Source: an uncultured Bacilli bacterium (lineage in GTDB: Bacteria; Bacillota_I; Bacilli_A; RF39; UBA660). From it: a DNA stretch of 64,000 nt. The position numbers were made by a program, and so were the translations under genes. The stretch lies in contig CASPWD010000005.1 of assembly GCA_949425635.1 (NCBI GenBank), positions 100,328 to 164,327 on the forward strand, given 5' to 3'. The notes beneath the pieces were generated by a model. That model had not been told where the DNA came from and did no database searches. It saw nothing but the letters and a program-made list of their open reading frames with translations. Positions 31,813-41,664 of the stretch are shown one piece after another; the first letter of the stretch is position 1, and every line of letters begins with the position of its first letter.

Positions 31813-33082
31813 ATAACTTCTCTGCTCCTTCCACTCTTTTTTTACCAGTTACATATTCATATATAACTGATTTTTTATATTCTTCTATTTTCTCTACTTG
31901 GTTTTGCTTATCTTCAATTATTATATCTATTTGAGTACATTTTTTATCAAGGTATTTTACTATTTCTTTTTGTTTTTCTATAGTTGGTAAATATAATAAC
32001 ATATTTTTAATTGTGCCTTGATATATACCATCTTGTGCAGATTTATTTATCAATATTCTTTCTTGTTCTAGCATATAGTCAGAATTCATTGAATAATTTA
32101 AGAATTCCGGAATAATTTTTTTATTGCTTCTCAAGAACAAGACGCTTCTTTGAAATGCATATTGTTTTAATTCCTTATAAATCATAGTTCGTCCTACTGT
32201 ACCAACACAGCACATTAACAAATCATTTTTTTTAGGATATCCACATTTAATAATTTCATTATAATCTTTTAAAGAAATCATACTTTCACTATCACTAATG
32301 CATAGACCATTTTCAAATACATTTTTAGCACTCAATAGATATTCACCATTATATACTCTATCAAATGTCCCATGTGTACCATCTGTTATACCAGCCAAAA
32401 TGTTTTTAATTCTAACAAGTTTAGTTTTGTCCTTAAAATTTAAACTTATTCTGCCGCTATTAACAACAATTTTGTATTTATTATTTTCAGTAACCTTTTC
32501 AGTTATTAATAATCTTCTATAATTATTTAAAATTTCAATCTGTTTACATAGATCATTTAATACTTTATCTAAATTAATGATTTTTTCCTCAAGAAAATTA
32601 GCAATCAGTATCTGTTCTTTTTTACTTGGTATTAAATAAGGTAAGTTATTTAAATATTTTGAATCAATATGAGGAATGCCCATACCATTTGTATTCTCAC
32701 GCAATTTATGTTCTAAAAATTTCATAAAGTAATTTGAATATGAACAATTTATTTCTTTTTTCAATTTCAAAATAGCACATGTTGATGCCGCATAACCTTC
32801 TGGATGATTATAAATTATTTCACCTGCATTTGATCCGTCCCATAATAATAACAATTCATTTTTTTTACAAAAAGTTCCATCTTTAGAATACTGTGGTTTC
32901 AAATTGTTATTTCTAATATATTCCATACTTAAATATGGAAACATATCATTGTTGGATTCATCTTCTAAATTTTTTGGCAATTTTGCTTTGTTTACATTAT
33001 AAATATATTTAAATTTACTTATCATCCAATTGTAAGGAATATCCCCAATCCATTCAATTCCACTGTACTTCATTTTTGACAT
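31805..33082 (-). CDS. hsdS: Type I R-M specificity subunit S
   Basis: SGIEWIGDIP, two TRDs each followed by P..EQ..I..L, C-terminal EYVTGK. Confidence 0.93.
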   Translation of the reverse strand: MSKMKYSGIEWIGDIPYNWMISKFKYIYNVNKAKLPKNLEDESNNDMFPYLSMEYIRNNNLKPQYSKDGTFCKKNELLLLWDGSNAGEIIYNHPEGYAASTCAILKLKKEINCSYSNYFMKFLEHKLRENTNGMGIPHIDSKYLNNLPYLIPSKKEQILIANFLEEKIINLDKVLNDLCKQIEILNNYRRLLITEKVTENNKYKIVVNSGRISLNFKDKTKLVRIKNILAGITDGTHGTFDRVYNGEYLLSAKNVFENGLCISDSESMISLKDYNEIIKCGYPKKNDLLMCCVGTVGRTMIYKELKQYAFQRSVLFLRSNKKIIPEFLNYSMNSDYMLEQERILINKSAQDGIYQGTIKNMLLYLPTIEKQKEIVKYLDKKCTQIDIIIEDKQNQVEKIEEYKKSVIYEYVTGKKRVEGAEKLYG

Positions 33083-33084
33083 AA

Positions 33085-35175
33085 TTATATCTCCTTAAAT
33101 AATTTGTTTATTCTTTTATTTAATGATAATTCTATTTCTAAAAATTGCTTTTCTAAATTATCAGATTTTTCTGGTTCTTTATATTCGTAGAAATATCTTG
33201 CAAATGGAATTTCAGCGCCTGTTTTAATAACTGGATTTTTAGCATTCACATCTTCTTCAAATTTTACAATTGCATCCGGAACATGTGGTAACACTTCTTC
33301 ACTCATATATTCATTAATATCTTTTCCATATTTAACTATTTCAATATCTTTTGTAGTCTTATCAAGAATAATTTCACCATTTTTATCTTTATGTATTTCT
33401 GCAGTCTTATCCATTACAGATAAACCATCAGAAATTTTTTCTATCAAAGATTTAGTTACATCATTATCTTTAAAGATATTTTTTAATAATTCTATAAAAT
33501 CTTTTTCATTTTTATAAATTTTATTATTCTTATGTTTCTCTAAAACTTTAAAAATCAAATCATATGTTTCTTTATTATTTAAATATTTATCTAACTCTTT
33601 CTTTTCTTTAGTTGGAATTGGATCTAACATTTGAATTTCATCGACTTTATCTTGATTATAAAATTTATCAAAAGTACCATTAATTCTTAATTGTTCTATT
33701 CTTTCATCATTTATGGCATAATTTCTTTGTAATGGTTGATATACCGCATATTCTTTATACAAAAATTCTTCCTTATCAAATATTTTACTATATTTATTTT
33801 CTTTAAAATCTGCATATATCTTTACAATTTTTTCAATTTGTTTTGGAGATAATTCTTTTCTCTTTTTACCTAATGAGGTTCTTAATTGTGTCCAAAATTC
33901 CTCACTCGTTGCATTAATAAGTTGTATTTTATTTCTTCTTTCCGGTCTTTTAATTGCCTCTTTTGAAAGAATAAATATATAAATACCAATACCTGTATTA
34001 TAGAACAAATCCGTTGGTAATGCTATTATTGCCTCTATTAAATTTTGTTCTATCATCCATCTTCTTATTTGACTTTCTCCAGATGATGTTCCGCCAGAAA
34101 ATAATGGAGATCCATTTGTAATAATAGCTGCTTTACCATTATCATCTAATTTTGAAATAGCATGTTGCATAAATAATAATTGCATATCTCCAGTAGCTGG
34201 TAATCCAGCTCCAAATCTTCCTTTAAATTTTAATTTATATTCTTCTTTAACAGCTTCCTCTACGCCATCAGCAGCATCTTTTCCACCCCAAGGTTGTCCA
34301 AAAGGGGGATTCATGATAACAAACCTCATTTTTTGTTCTCGTTCATTTAATGTAGCTTTAAAACAATCTTTAATCATTGTATCTTGAAATTTAATATTGT
34401 TAGCATTCTGACCTTTAATCATCATATCAGCTAAACATATAGCATATGATTCGGGATTTACCTCTTGACCAAATAATTGAACATCTGCATCTGGATTCAT
34501 TTTTATAATTGTATCCCTTGCAGTGCTTAACATTCCACCAGTTCCACACGCGGCATCTAATATAGTAATTGCTTTACCAGCCTCCATAAGATCATCACAA
34601 CCTTCTGAAAGCAAAACATCTACCATCAATTTTATTACCTCTCTTGGTGTGAAGTGATCACCAGCTTCAGCATTTTCTGAAAACCTTCTAATTATGTCTT
34701 CAAATATATATCCCATTTTGTGATTATCTACAGTTTTAGGGTTTAAATCTAAATTAGAAAACTCTTTAACTACACCTAATAATCTATTATTTTTATCCAT
34801 TTTATCTATTTCTTTTTCAAATGATAAATTGTCTATAATTTCTTTAACATTTGGTGAAAAACCTTTTATATATGATTTAAAATTATCAGCAATATGATCT
34901 GCATCATTTAATAATTCTTTTAAATCAAATTTACTAGTATTATAAAATGAATAGCCTGATTTTCTACATAACATTTTATATGGCGTTGTTTTATCACTAT
35001 TGTATTCATCTAATACTGCTTTTTTAGTTTTTGCAAGTGCACATTCAAATCTTCTAATAATAACCATTGGTATTATTACATCTTTATATTTATCACTTTT
35101 ATATGGCCCTCTTAATTTATTTGCAATACTCCAAACCATATTTACTTCTTTTGTAACATTGATAGTATCATTCAT
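33085..35175 (-). CDS. hsdM: Type I R-M methyltransferase subunit M
   Basis: WSIANKLRG, AGDHFTPREV, DAACGTGG, NPPF catalytic motif. Confidence 0.96.
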   Translation of the reverse strand: MNDTINVTKEVNMVWSIANKLRGPYKSDKYKDVIIPMVIIRRFECALAKTKKAVLDEYNSDKTTPYKMLCRKSGYSFYNTSKFDLKELLNDADHIADNFKSYIKGFSPNVKEIIDNLSFEKEIDKMDKNNRLLGVVKEFSNLDLNPKTVDNHKMGYIFEDIIRRFSENAEAGDHFTPREVIKLMVDVLLSEGCDDLMEAGKAITILDAACGTGGMLSTARDTIIKMNPDADVQLFGQEVNPESYAICLADMMIKGQNANNIKFQDTMIKDCFKATLNEREQKMRFVIMNPPFGQPWGGKDAADGVEEAVKEEYKLKFKGRFGAGLPATGDMQLLFMQHAISKLDDNGKAAIITNGSPLFSGGTSSGESQIRRWMIEQNLIEAIIALPTDLFYNTGIGIYIFILSKEAIKRPERRNKIQLINATSEEFWTQLRTSLGKKRKELSPKQIEKIVKIYADFKENKYSKIFDKEEFLYKEYAVYQPLQRNYAINDERIEQLRINGTFDKFYNQDKVDEIQMLDPIPTKEKKELDKYLNNKETYDLIFKVLEKHKNNKIYKNEKDFIELLKNIFKDNDVTKSLIEKISDGLSVMDKTAEIHKDKNGEIILDKTTKDIEIVKYGKDINEYMSEEVLPHVPDAIVKFEEDVNAKNPVIKTGAEIPFARYFYEYKEPEKSDNLEKQFLEIELSLNKRINKLFKEI

Positions 35176-35389
35176 CTTTTTTACCTCTCTTAACTACTGC
35201 TTGTTGCTTATTTTCATCTATTTTAATTCTGCAATCTTTTCGATTGGTCATTTTTACATCTTTACCTTCTAAATGAAATATGACCATATCCCCTTCTTCT
35301 AATCCCATTTTATCTCTAACAATTTTAGGAATGGTAATTTGTCCTTTCGAAGTTAATTTTGCATTTGCCAAAAGTTCTTCATTATTCAT
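35168..35389 (-). CDS. AbrB/MazE/SpoVT family DNA-binding protein
   Basis: AKLTSKGQITIPKIVRDKMGLEEGD; overlaps the hsdM start. Confidence 0.9.
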   Translation of the reverse strand: MNNEELLANAKLTSKGQITIPKIVRDKMGLEEGDMVIFHLEGKDVKMTNRKDCRIKIDENKQQAVVKRGKKDE

Positions 35390-35396
35390 ATTGTTC

Positions 35397-35414
35397 TCCT
35401 TACTTTCCTTACTT
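35397..35414 (-). promoter_or_regulatory. Tandem 9-bp direct repeat overlapping the SD of the AbrB-like gene (putative operator)
   Basis: TCCTTACTT twice, head to tail. Confidence 0.5.
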
Positions 35415-35473
35415 GATAAGTATAACAGATTTTTATTTAAAGATAAATATTTGAGTAAAAAAAAAGAAAGAAA

Positions 35474-36982
35474 TTAATCTTTCTTATCAAATAATTTTTT
35501 AACTATTAAATCTTCAGAATGCAAATTATTATTTTTACCTAATAATAAATTTTCGTAAAACATAACTAAATAACTACTATCTTCTTTAATTTTTAAATAG
35601 TTATTAAAATAATTACTTCTTACCAAAGCATTTCTAAAATATACAGATTTATCTTTAAATAAGCTATTATTAACATTATAGTCTAAACTAATTAAATACT
35701 TTTCTATAAATAAAGCTGTAGTTCTTGTATTTCCTTCTCTAAAAGGATGTACTTGCCATATATTAGATGAAAACTTTGTTATATTATTAATTACTTCAAC
35801 AATATTCATTTCTTTATAGTTCTTTTCTTTTTCTAAAGATATATCATATTCTAAAGATTCTTTTAGTGTAGTACAATCTCCATAAGCAACTGAATCATTA
35901 TTTAGTATTTTTTCATGTTTAGAAAAATCTATTACTCTAAATTCACCTGCAAATTCATAAACATCTTGAAATAAATATTTATGAACATACTTTAAATAAT
36001 CAACCGATAATTCAAAATTATTTTCTTGTAATAATTCAACAATTCTAGTTGATACGAAATCACATTCTAATTCACTATGATTTATTTCATTTTTTTGTTC
36101 TTTTTCAATATAATATTCTCGCAATTCATTCTTTACTTGATCTATAGTTAAATTACCATCAACATTATCATTAACTAATTTTTCAAAATACTCAGAAGGT
36201 TTTAAATTATCTACTTGTTGAAGCCCAATAGCCATATCCCATTGTAATTGTTTTACATAATTACTAGATTTGTGTTCTTCTTCATATTCATTAAAACTAG
36301 AATCCAATTCTTTTTCATTCATAGAAATACCACCCACTTTATTATAGCATAATTCATTATTATTTATTTCAACTAACAATTCACTAAAGATTTCTTCTAA
36401 CCTTTCATACATTCTTAATTCCCCCTTCAATGACTTGGTTAGAGTGAAAATTTGCCTATAAGACCAATAAATTATTCCAAAAACAATAAGTAAGCTAAAA
36501 AAATATGGTAATACTAAACTTAGCATTTTAACATTGATTCCATCTTTGTTAATAAATGGTATAATTACTGTTATAATTAGGGATATAATGCTCAAAAAGT
36601 TATTATCATTATTTTTTTGAACAACTAAATTTCTATAATGGCAAATAATATTGATAATATTTTTCTCTCTGTACATTTTATTGGATATAAGGAATTCTCT
36701 TATAATTGATATTTCCTGTTGATTAATTTCAGATTGCAATGTGCTATTGTTATTTTTGTTAGGTTGTATACTAATATAAAATTTTTTCTTTAACTCATGT
36801 TCGCTAATCGTTTTAATAGAGTATATTAAAATAATTACTATACCAACACTTATATAAGTATGTTTTAATAATCCAAATACCCATACAGAGAAAAATGATA
36901 TAGCATACACAGCAAAAAATTTTCTTGTTATTCTATTGTAAGCACTTTTCCTTTTATATAATTCTTCAATTTCATTATACAT
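35474..36982 (-). CDS. In-frame fusion of a 4-TM membrane protein and a Fic protein with VbhA-like N-terminal inhibitory region
   Basis: Fic motif HPFREGNTRTT; AIGLQQVDNLKPS; internal TGcTATAAT, GGTGG and ATG at 36322 suggest a separate Fic start. Confidence 0.8.
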   Translation of the reverse strand: MYNEIEELYKRKSAYNRITRKFFAVYAISFFSVWVFGLLKHTYISVGIVIILIYSIKTISEHELKKKFYISIQPNKNNNSTLQSEINQQEISIIREFLISNKMYREKNIINIICHYRNLVVQKNNDNNFLSIISLIITVIIPFINKDGINVKMLSLVLPYFFSLLIVFGIIYWSYRQIFTLTKSLKGELRMYERLEEIFSELLVEINNNELCYNKVGGISMNEKELDSSFNEYEEEHKSSNYVKQLQWDMAIGLQQVDNLKPSEYFEKLVNDNVDGNLTIDQVKNELREYYIEKEQKNEINHSELECDFVSTRIVELLQENNFELSVDYLKYVHKYLFQDVYEFAGEFRVIDFSKHEKILNNDSVAYGDCTTLKESLEYDISLEKEKNYKEMNIVEVINNITKFSSNIWQVHPFREGNTRTTALFIEKYLISLDYNVNNSLFKDKSVYFRNALVRSNYFNNYLKIKEDSSYLVMFYENLLLGKNNNLHSEDLIVKKLFDKKD

Positions 36983-36994
36983 AAATTCACCTTA

Positions 36995-38719
36995 CTACCC
37001 ATTTATGTTAAATAATAATAGCATGTATCCTTTTTCAATTAGTTTTTTATTAATATCTAATGTAATATATTTTGCATAATTAGAATCTGTATTACTAGAT
37101 AAGTTCTCCATAAAGCCTGCTACATAATACACATTTGGTTTTGAAAATAAATCAATAAATTCACTTTTAGATAAAGAATTTATTTTATTATTTGGGTACT
37201 TATTAAGTATATCATCATAATATTTTTCAAATATTTCTTTTTTATCCTTTTCCATCAAATAATGATTGATAAATTCAGCAGATGTTAAAATCTGATTTAG
37301 AACATCTCTAGCCCCATTTCCTTGAAATTTTGATTTGTTGTGTATTAAGTACAAATTGTCGTCATCATAATAAATTAAATCGGCTAACTCAATATTGTTA
37401 CTTAAAACAGTATGTGCAACAATAATATCACCAGAATTTGCAAAGGTTTTATTATATGAATCTTCTGTTAAAGAGCTATCTTTATTCAAAATAATATTGT
37501 TTAATTTTTTATCTATATTTATCATTTGCTCATAACTCTTTTTATATTCAGAATCTAAATTATCTATATAATTATTATCAAACATTAACCAGTTACCATT
37601 AAATAGAAAAAATGGATTTTTACTTTCATCTTCTATATATCCTTGTATACATTGTTTAATTTTAGTAGGGAACAAAATAATATCTCTATCACTATATACA
37701 GTTAAAGTATACTTTAAAATCTTTTCTATAGATGTTTTTGTAATATTTTTTGGTAAACAATTATCAAAAACATCATTCAAAGTTATGGGTTTATCACTTT
37801 CGTATATTATATTACCATCTTGGTCACCGATAATATATCTATTGCCTCCAATACAGTATTCTGAATAATCATCACCAACTAAAAGAAAATTGTCAGTTTT
37901 TTTATCAAGCAAATAATTTAAAAGTATTTCATTTAATTTTTTTGAAGAGTAACCATATTTTTTCACATCCACAAAATAACCTAATGAAAAATTATCATCC
38001 TTTTGCTCAATAGTTATTAATTGATTTAGAACCTTAGTCAAATCCTCTATATTTATTGACTTACGTATTACAAAAGAATCCTTGGCTATAAGATTTAAAT
38101 TTTTTATTTTATTTTCATCAAATTCTATTCCTAATAATTTTATTATTTCCTTATCTATCTCTAAAGAAAGTTCTCTAAAAATAGAACTCATATCATTTTC
38201 TGTATTAATTGTTGTTACATTTCTATTTGAATGTTTGCTCGACAGTCTATTTCCTGACATTCTGTTTTCTAAAACGGACTTCACTACTGGGCTATTTTCT
38301 TTCATTATTTTAGGCAATAAGTATAAACCATAGTTTTTTTGTGTGTATTCATTTATATAATTGCTACCTAAACCACCAGTTAGCAAAAACAAATTATCAC
38401 TTTTCAAATAAGACAAAACATATGAAATATGTGTATTAGATAACTCAATCTTTTCTTCTAAAATATTGTCAATCATCCCACACCATGTTGGATAATGATA
38501 AGTTTTAAAAACTACTCCCTTAAATCCATTATAATTAACATTAACTACTTCATTTTGTTTTTTCCGCAAAACATTATTTTTTACTTCGTTTAAAATTGCT
38601 TTTTCTAATTCTTCGTATGATTTAATTTCAACATTTTTTTCTTCTTCAAAATACTTAACTGAACGACTATAATCTACCTTATAAATACTAAATTGAGTTT
38701 CATACTTTATTTTAGCCAT
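36995..38719 (-). CDS. DUF6119 / TIGR04141-like sporadically distributed protein with putative C-terminal nuclease
   Basis: FSIYK start, LLTGGLG...YGL, FLFNGNW, EDSYN, IELADL....LIHNK motifs. Confidence 0.7.
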   Translation of the reverse strand: MAKIKYETQFSIYKVDYSRSVKYFEEEKNVEIKSYEELEKAILNEVKNNVLRKKQNEVVNVNYNGFKGVVFKTYHYPTWCGMIDNILEEKIELSNTHISYVLSYLKSDNLFLLTGGLGSNYINEYTQKNYGLYLLPKIMKENSPVVKSVLENRMSGNRLSSKHSNRNVTTINTENDMSSIFRELSLEIDKEIIKLLGIEFDENKIKNLNLIAKDSFVIRKSINIEDLTKVLNQLITIEQKDDNFSLGYFVDVKKYGYSSKKLNEILLNYLLDKKTDNFLLVGDDYSEYCIGGNRYIIGDQDGNIIYESDKPITLNDVFDNCLPKNITKTSIEKILKYTLTVYSDRDIILFPTKIKQCIQGYIEDESKNPFFLFNGNWLMFDNNYIDNLDSEYKKSYEQMINIDKKLNNIILNKDSSLTEDSYNKTFANSGDIIVAHTVLSNNIELADLIYYDDDNLYLIHNKSKFQGNGARDVLNQILTSAEFINHYLMEKDKKEIFEKYYDDILNKYPNNKINSLSKSEFIDLFSKPNVYYVAGFMENLSSNTDSNYAKYITLDINKKLIEKGYMLLLFNING

Positions 38720-39016
38720 GATATACACCTCTACTTCAAAAAATAAGCAGTATCCATCTTAAAAAGATTAAATACTGCTATCTTATGTATTAATTATAAC
38801 ACATTTTTCGACATTATTTTAATATTTGCATGTAATTTATACTTAAAATCTAATTTTAAAGCTATTTTAAAAGCAAAAATATGATTTTTGATTAATTATA
38901 CCAATCAGTTATTTTATTCAAATATGGTCGTCTAAATACCCAATTAAATTTAACAATGGTAACTAAACCCACGACCTCTGGTAGTTATATGATTCCAAAA
39001 ATTATTTTCCGGACAA

Positions 39017-39913
39017 CTAATAGTTAAATATCAACATCTTTCCTTTATCATTCTCCCCATCAAACTCCACATATTCCCCTCTTCTTACTCTATCTATAGT
39101 AGCAAAGTCTCTTTCAAATTTAGTCAATGCTAAACTCTTAGTAATACTATCTTCTCTCCTACTAGTCCTCTCATAACCACGTTTCATTAACTCTTTAAAT
39201 TCACTAGATAACAAAGAGCTTCTATAACTTTGTACCAACTTACTATCTTCTCCTACAACACTATCCTTTATATCTATCATATAAACTCTAGCAAGTAATG
39301 ATACTGCTTCATTATGAGATAATTCTTCTACTTCTTCTATATAATCAATACATCTAAAACTATGTCCACATCCATAACATATTCCATAATTCCTACTATT
39401 AACTAATCCCATAGAAGGAGTTCTTTCATTATGAAATTGACATAAGAACATAAAACTATCATTAGAATATAACTTAATCTTAGGATATGTATTATTAGTA
39501 AATACTAAATGAGTAATAGAACATTCTTCTTGTAAATAATCTTCTATATTATCAGATTTAATACTCTTTCTTATTAATTCTAGTATCTTTTCAAAATGTC
39601 CTCTAATACTTTCTACTTCATCTAAATATTCTTTTCTACTATCTCTAGTTTTAATATATTCTTCCTTTAAATCTTTACCAAATACTACATAATCTTTATC
39701 TAATAAATGTTTATTAAGTCTTACATAATCAAACCAGTTCCAATAGCCAGTACTTCTTATTCTATCTAATTCTCTTACTATCTTACTTATATCTTTATAA
39801 TCTTCTCTATCTAATCCTACACTATACAAAGTATTAAGATATTGAGTTAATAATCTATCACAATACTCTAATTCATCATATTTACTAATTTCAAAATAAC
39901 TTCTATCTTCCAT
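39017..39913 (-). CDS. Protein containing a stand-alone primase-type CHC2 zinc finger
   Basis: CQFHNERTPSM...CYGCG....IDYI...E.LS..EAV.LLA; no TOPRIM domain. Confidence 0.8.
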   Translation of the reverse strand: MEDRSYFEISKYDELEYCDRLLTQYLNTLYSVGLDREDYKDISKIVRELDRIRSTGYWNWFDYVRLNKHLLDKDYVVFGKDLKEEYIKTRDSRKEYLDEVESIRGHFEKILELIRKSIKSDNIEDYLQEECSITHLVFTNNTYPKIKLYSNDSFMFLCQFHNERTPSMGLVNSRNYGICYGCGHSFRCIDYIEEVEELSHNEAVSLLARVYMIDIKDSVVGEDSKLVQSYRSSLLSSEFKELMKRGYERTSRREDSITKSLALTKFERDFATIDRVRRGEYVEFDGENDKGKMLIFNY

Positions 39914-40004
39914 ACATATACTTGCTATCTAATTAATGTTTAATATTTATAGTAAAACATAAACAAAAGTTAGTAAAGAAAAAACTAGTAGAATACTACT
40001 AGTA

Positions 40005-41558
40005 TTATTTAAATATACTAATTAAAGATTCAATAACTTTTTCTAAATTAGCCAATATTACTTTTAATTCATCATCACTTAAAGAACAAATATAATCACA
40101 AAAATCCATTTTATTAAATTCTGTTATAGTATTATCATCACCATAATCACCTTCTCTAACCTTAGTAGTATAATAAGGTGAAGTGTCAATAGAATCTAAA
40201 ATTAATGCATTTTCGATACCTTTTTTCATTTTTTTAGAATTTTTATATGTAGGAATAATTCTGGTGTAAACATTATTTTTATCTGTTTCAGATTTATTAG
40301 TATCGCAATCAAACAAACACACATTTTTAAAAGGCCAATTATTAGCTATCAAAAATTGTACAGCTTTGTTTAAAGCATCTTTGCCTGTATTCTCTTCCTG
40401 ACAATTCTTATCATTTATATAACCGATCCATTTAAATTCAAAAGGAATATCATCATATCCAAATACTTCCAAAGCCCTTTTAAAATACTTTTCATCTGTT
40501 CTACCTTCCAAGTATACAGTAGATGTACTCTTATTAAGCCAGTTTACAGAAAAAGCATCCGCAACAGCTTCTATTGTATCGCATTTATAATATTCGGCTT
40601 TATCGCGAACTTCTATTTCACCTGAATCATTGCGTTGCAAAACAATTACTTTATCATTTTTTCTATTATTGTTATGAACTACAAATGGAGAATGAGTTAC
40701 TGTAAAGATTTGTGATGTTTGTTTTCCTTCTTGATCTGTAAAAATATTCTTATAAAAGTCCATTATTTTATTTTGCCAACTAGGATGAAGACTAATTTCA
40801 GGCTCGTCAATAAAAACAAATGCACCATTCATAGAATTAATATCTTTTAATAAGAAACAACCTCTATATACAATTTGCTTTTCCCCTGAACTTAAATTAT
40901 CAATTTCAACTGGTTTATTATACTTTTTAAAAATTATAGATTTATGACCATTTACATTTTCAATTCTACTATAAACTAAATTATTAAACATACTATTAAA
41001 AGCATTTACAAAACGTTTCATTCTTTCGTCAATATTTAATTGATTATAAGGAATACTAGGATTATTTTTAGCTGCTGCAGAGATATCAGCATCATCAAGG
41101 GCTTGAACATCAATTAATAATTGTTTTATCTGTGTTGGAAAATCACTAGATGAACGTTTGCTTTCATTTTCAGAATCTAAATTTAGGCTTGTAACTGATG
41201 TCAAATTCTTAGCATTAAAATTTATATCAACATCTGAAAATATTCCACAAAAATTATATTTTGCATATCCAACATAATTATCATATCCAAAATTATCTTT
41301 AACATGAAAGATGGGACCAGATTGATAATAATTAAGTTTCATTATTTTTTCATTTTTTTCTAGCTCTACATCCATAGAAGTAGAAACTTTATTTAAAGAT
41401 ATGTTATATAATTCATCTAAAATAGTACTTTTTCCTGTTCCATTTTCTCCTGCAAAAATTATTGTATCAACTGCTTTACCGGTTACATCGCAAAAATCTA
41501 AAGATAAATTTCCTAATATTGGATGATTTTTAAATGATATTTTTCTTATTTTATACAT
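40005..41558 (-). CDS. OLD-like ABC ATPase-TOPRIM nuclease
   Basis: GENGTGKS, LSSGEKQ, FIDEPEISLHP.WQ, THSP; TOPRIM YLEGRTD and DCD. Confidence 0.82.
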   Translation of the reverse strand: MYKIRKISFKNHPILGNLSLDFCDVTGKAVDTIIFAGENGTGKSTILDELYNISLNKVSTSMDVELEKNEKIMKLNYYQSGPIFHVKDNFGYDNYVGYAKYNFCGIFSDVDINFNAKNLTSVTSLNLDSENESKRSSSDFPTQIKQLLIDVQALDDADISAAAKNNPSIPYNQLNIDERMKRFVNAFNSMFNNLVYSRIENVNGHKSIIFKKYNKPVEIDNLSSGEKQIVYRGCFLLKDINSMNGAFVFIDEPEISLHPSWQNKIMDFYKNIFTDQEGKQTSQIFTVTHSPFVVHNNNRKNDKVIVLQRNDSGEIEVRDKAEYYKCDTIEAVADAFSVNWLNKSTSTVYLEGRTDEKYFKRALEVFGYDDIPFEFKWIGYINDKNCQEENTGKDALNKAVQFLIANNWPFKNVCLFDCDTNKSETDKNNVYTRIIPTYKNSKKMKKGIENALILDSIDTSPYYTTKVREGDYGDDNTITEFNKMDFCDYICSLSDDELKVILANLEKVIESLISIFK

Positions 41559-41664
41559 TTTTTCACCTCATTTTATATTATACTAAAAATTACCATTATA
41601 ATAAAACTCAATATCACAAAAAGAATTAATATATTTGCTTATTTCAACTATATTTTATCTAATT

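Larger units (their letters stand above)
25622..38974. mobile_element. Decayed serine-recombinase integrative element carrying defence cargo
   Basis: Inverted arms at 25624-25640 and 38955-38972 next to GA dinucleotides; contains recombinase pseudogene, RHH/HTH remnants, type I R-M, Fic, DUF4238, DUF6119. Confidence 0.7.

Noticed and set aside
38960-38985. AACCCACGACCTCTGG resembling the complement of a tRNA T-arm region
   Set aside because: No TTCGA loop or cloverleaf; coincides with the element's right end
14743-40003. Shared ACTAG...CTAGT stems at about 14748, 19090 and 39984
   Set aside because: Each is an ordinary intrinsic terminator with different loops; the similarity is too short to call a repeat family
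40005-41660. Possible retron or Gabija system
   Set aside because: No reverse transcriptase, msr/msd-like repeat or UvrD partner nearby
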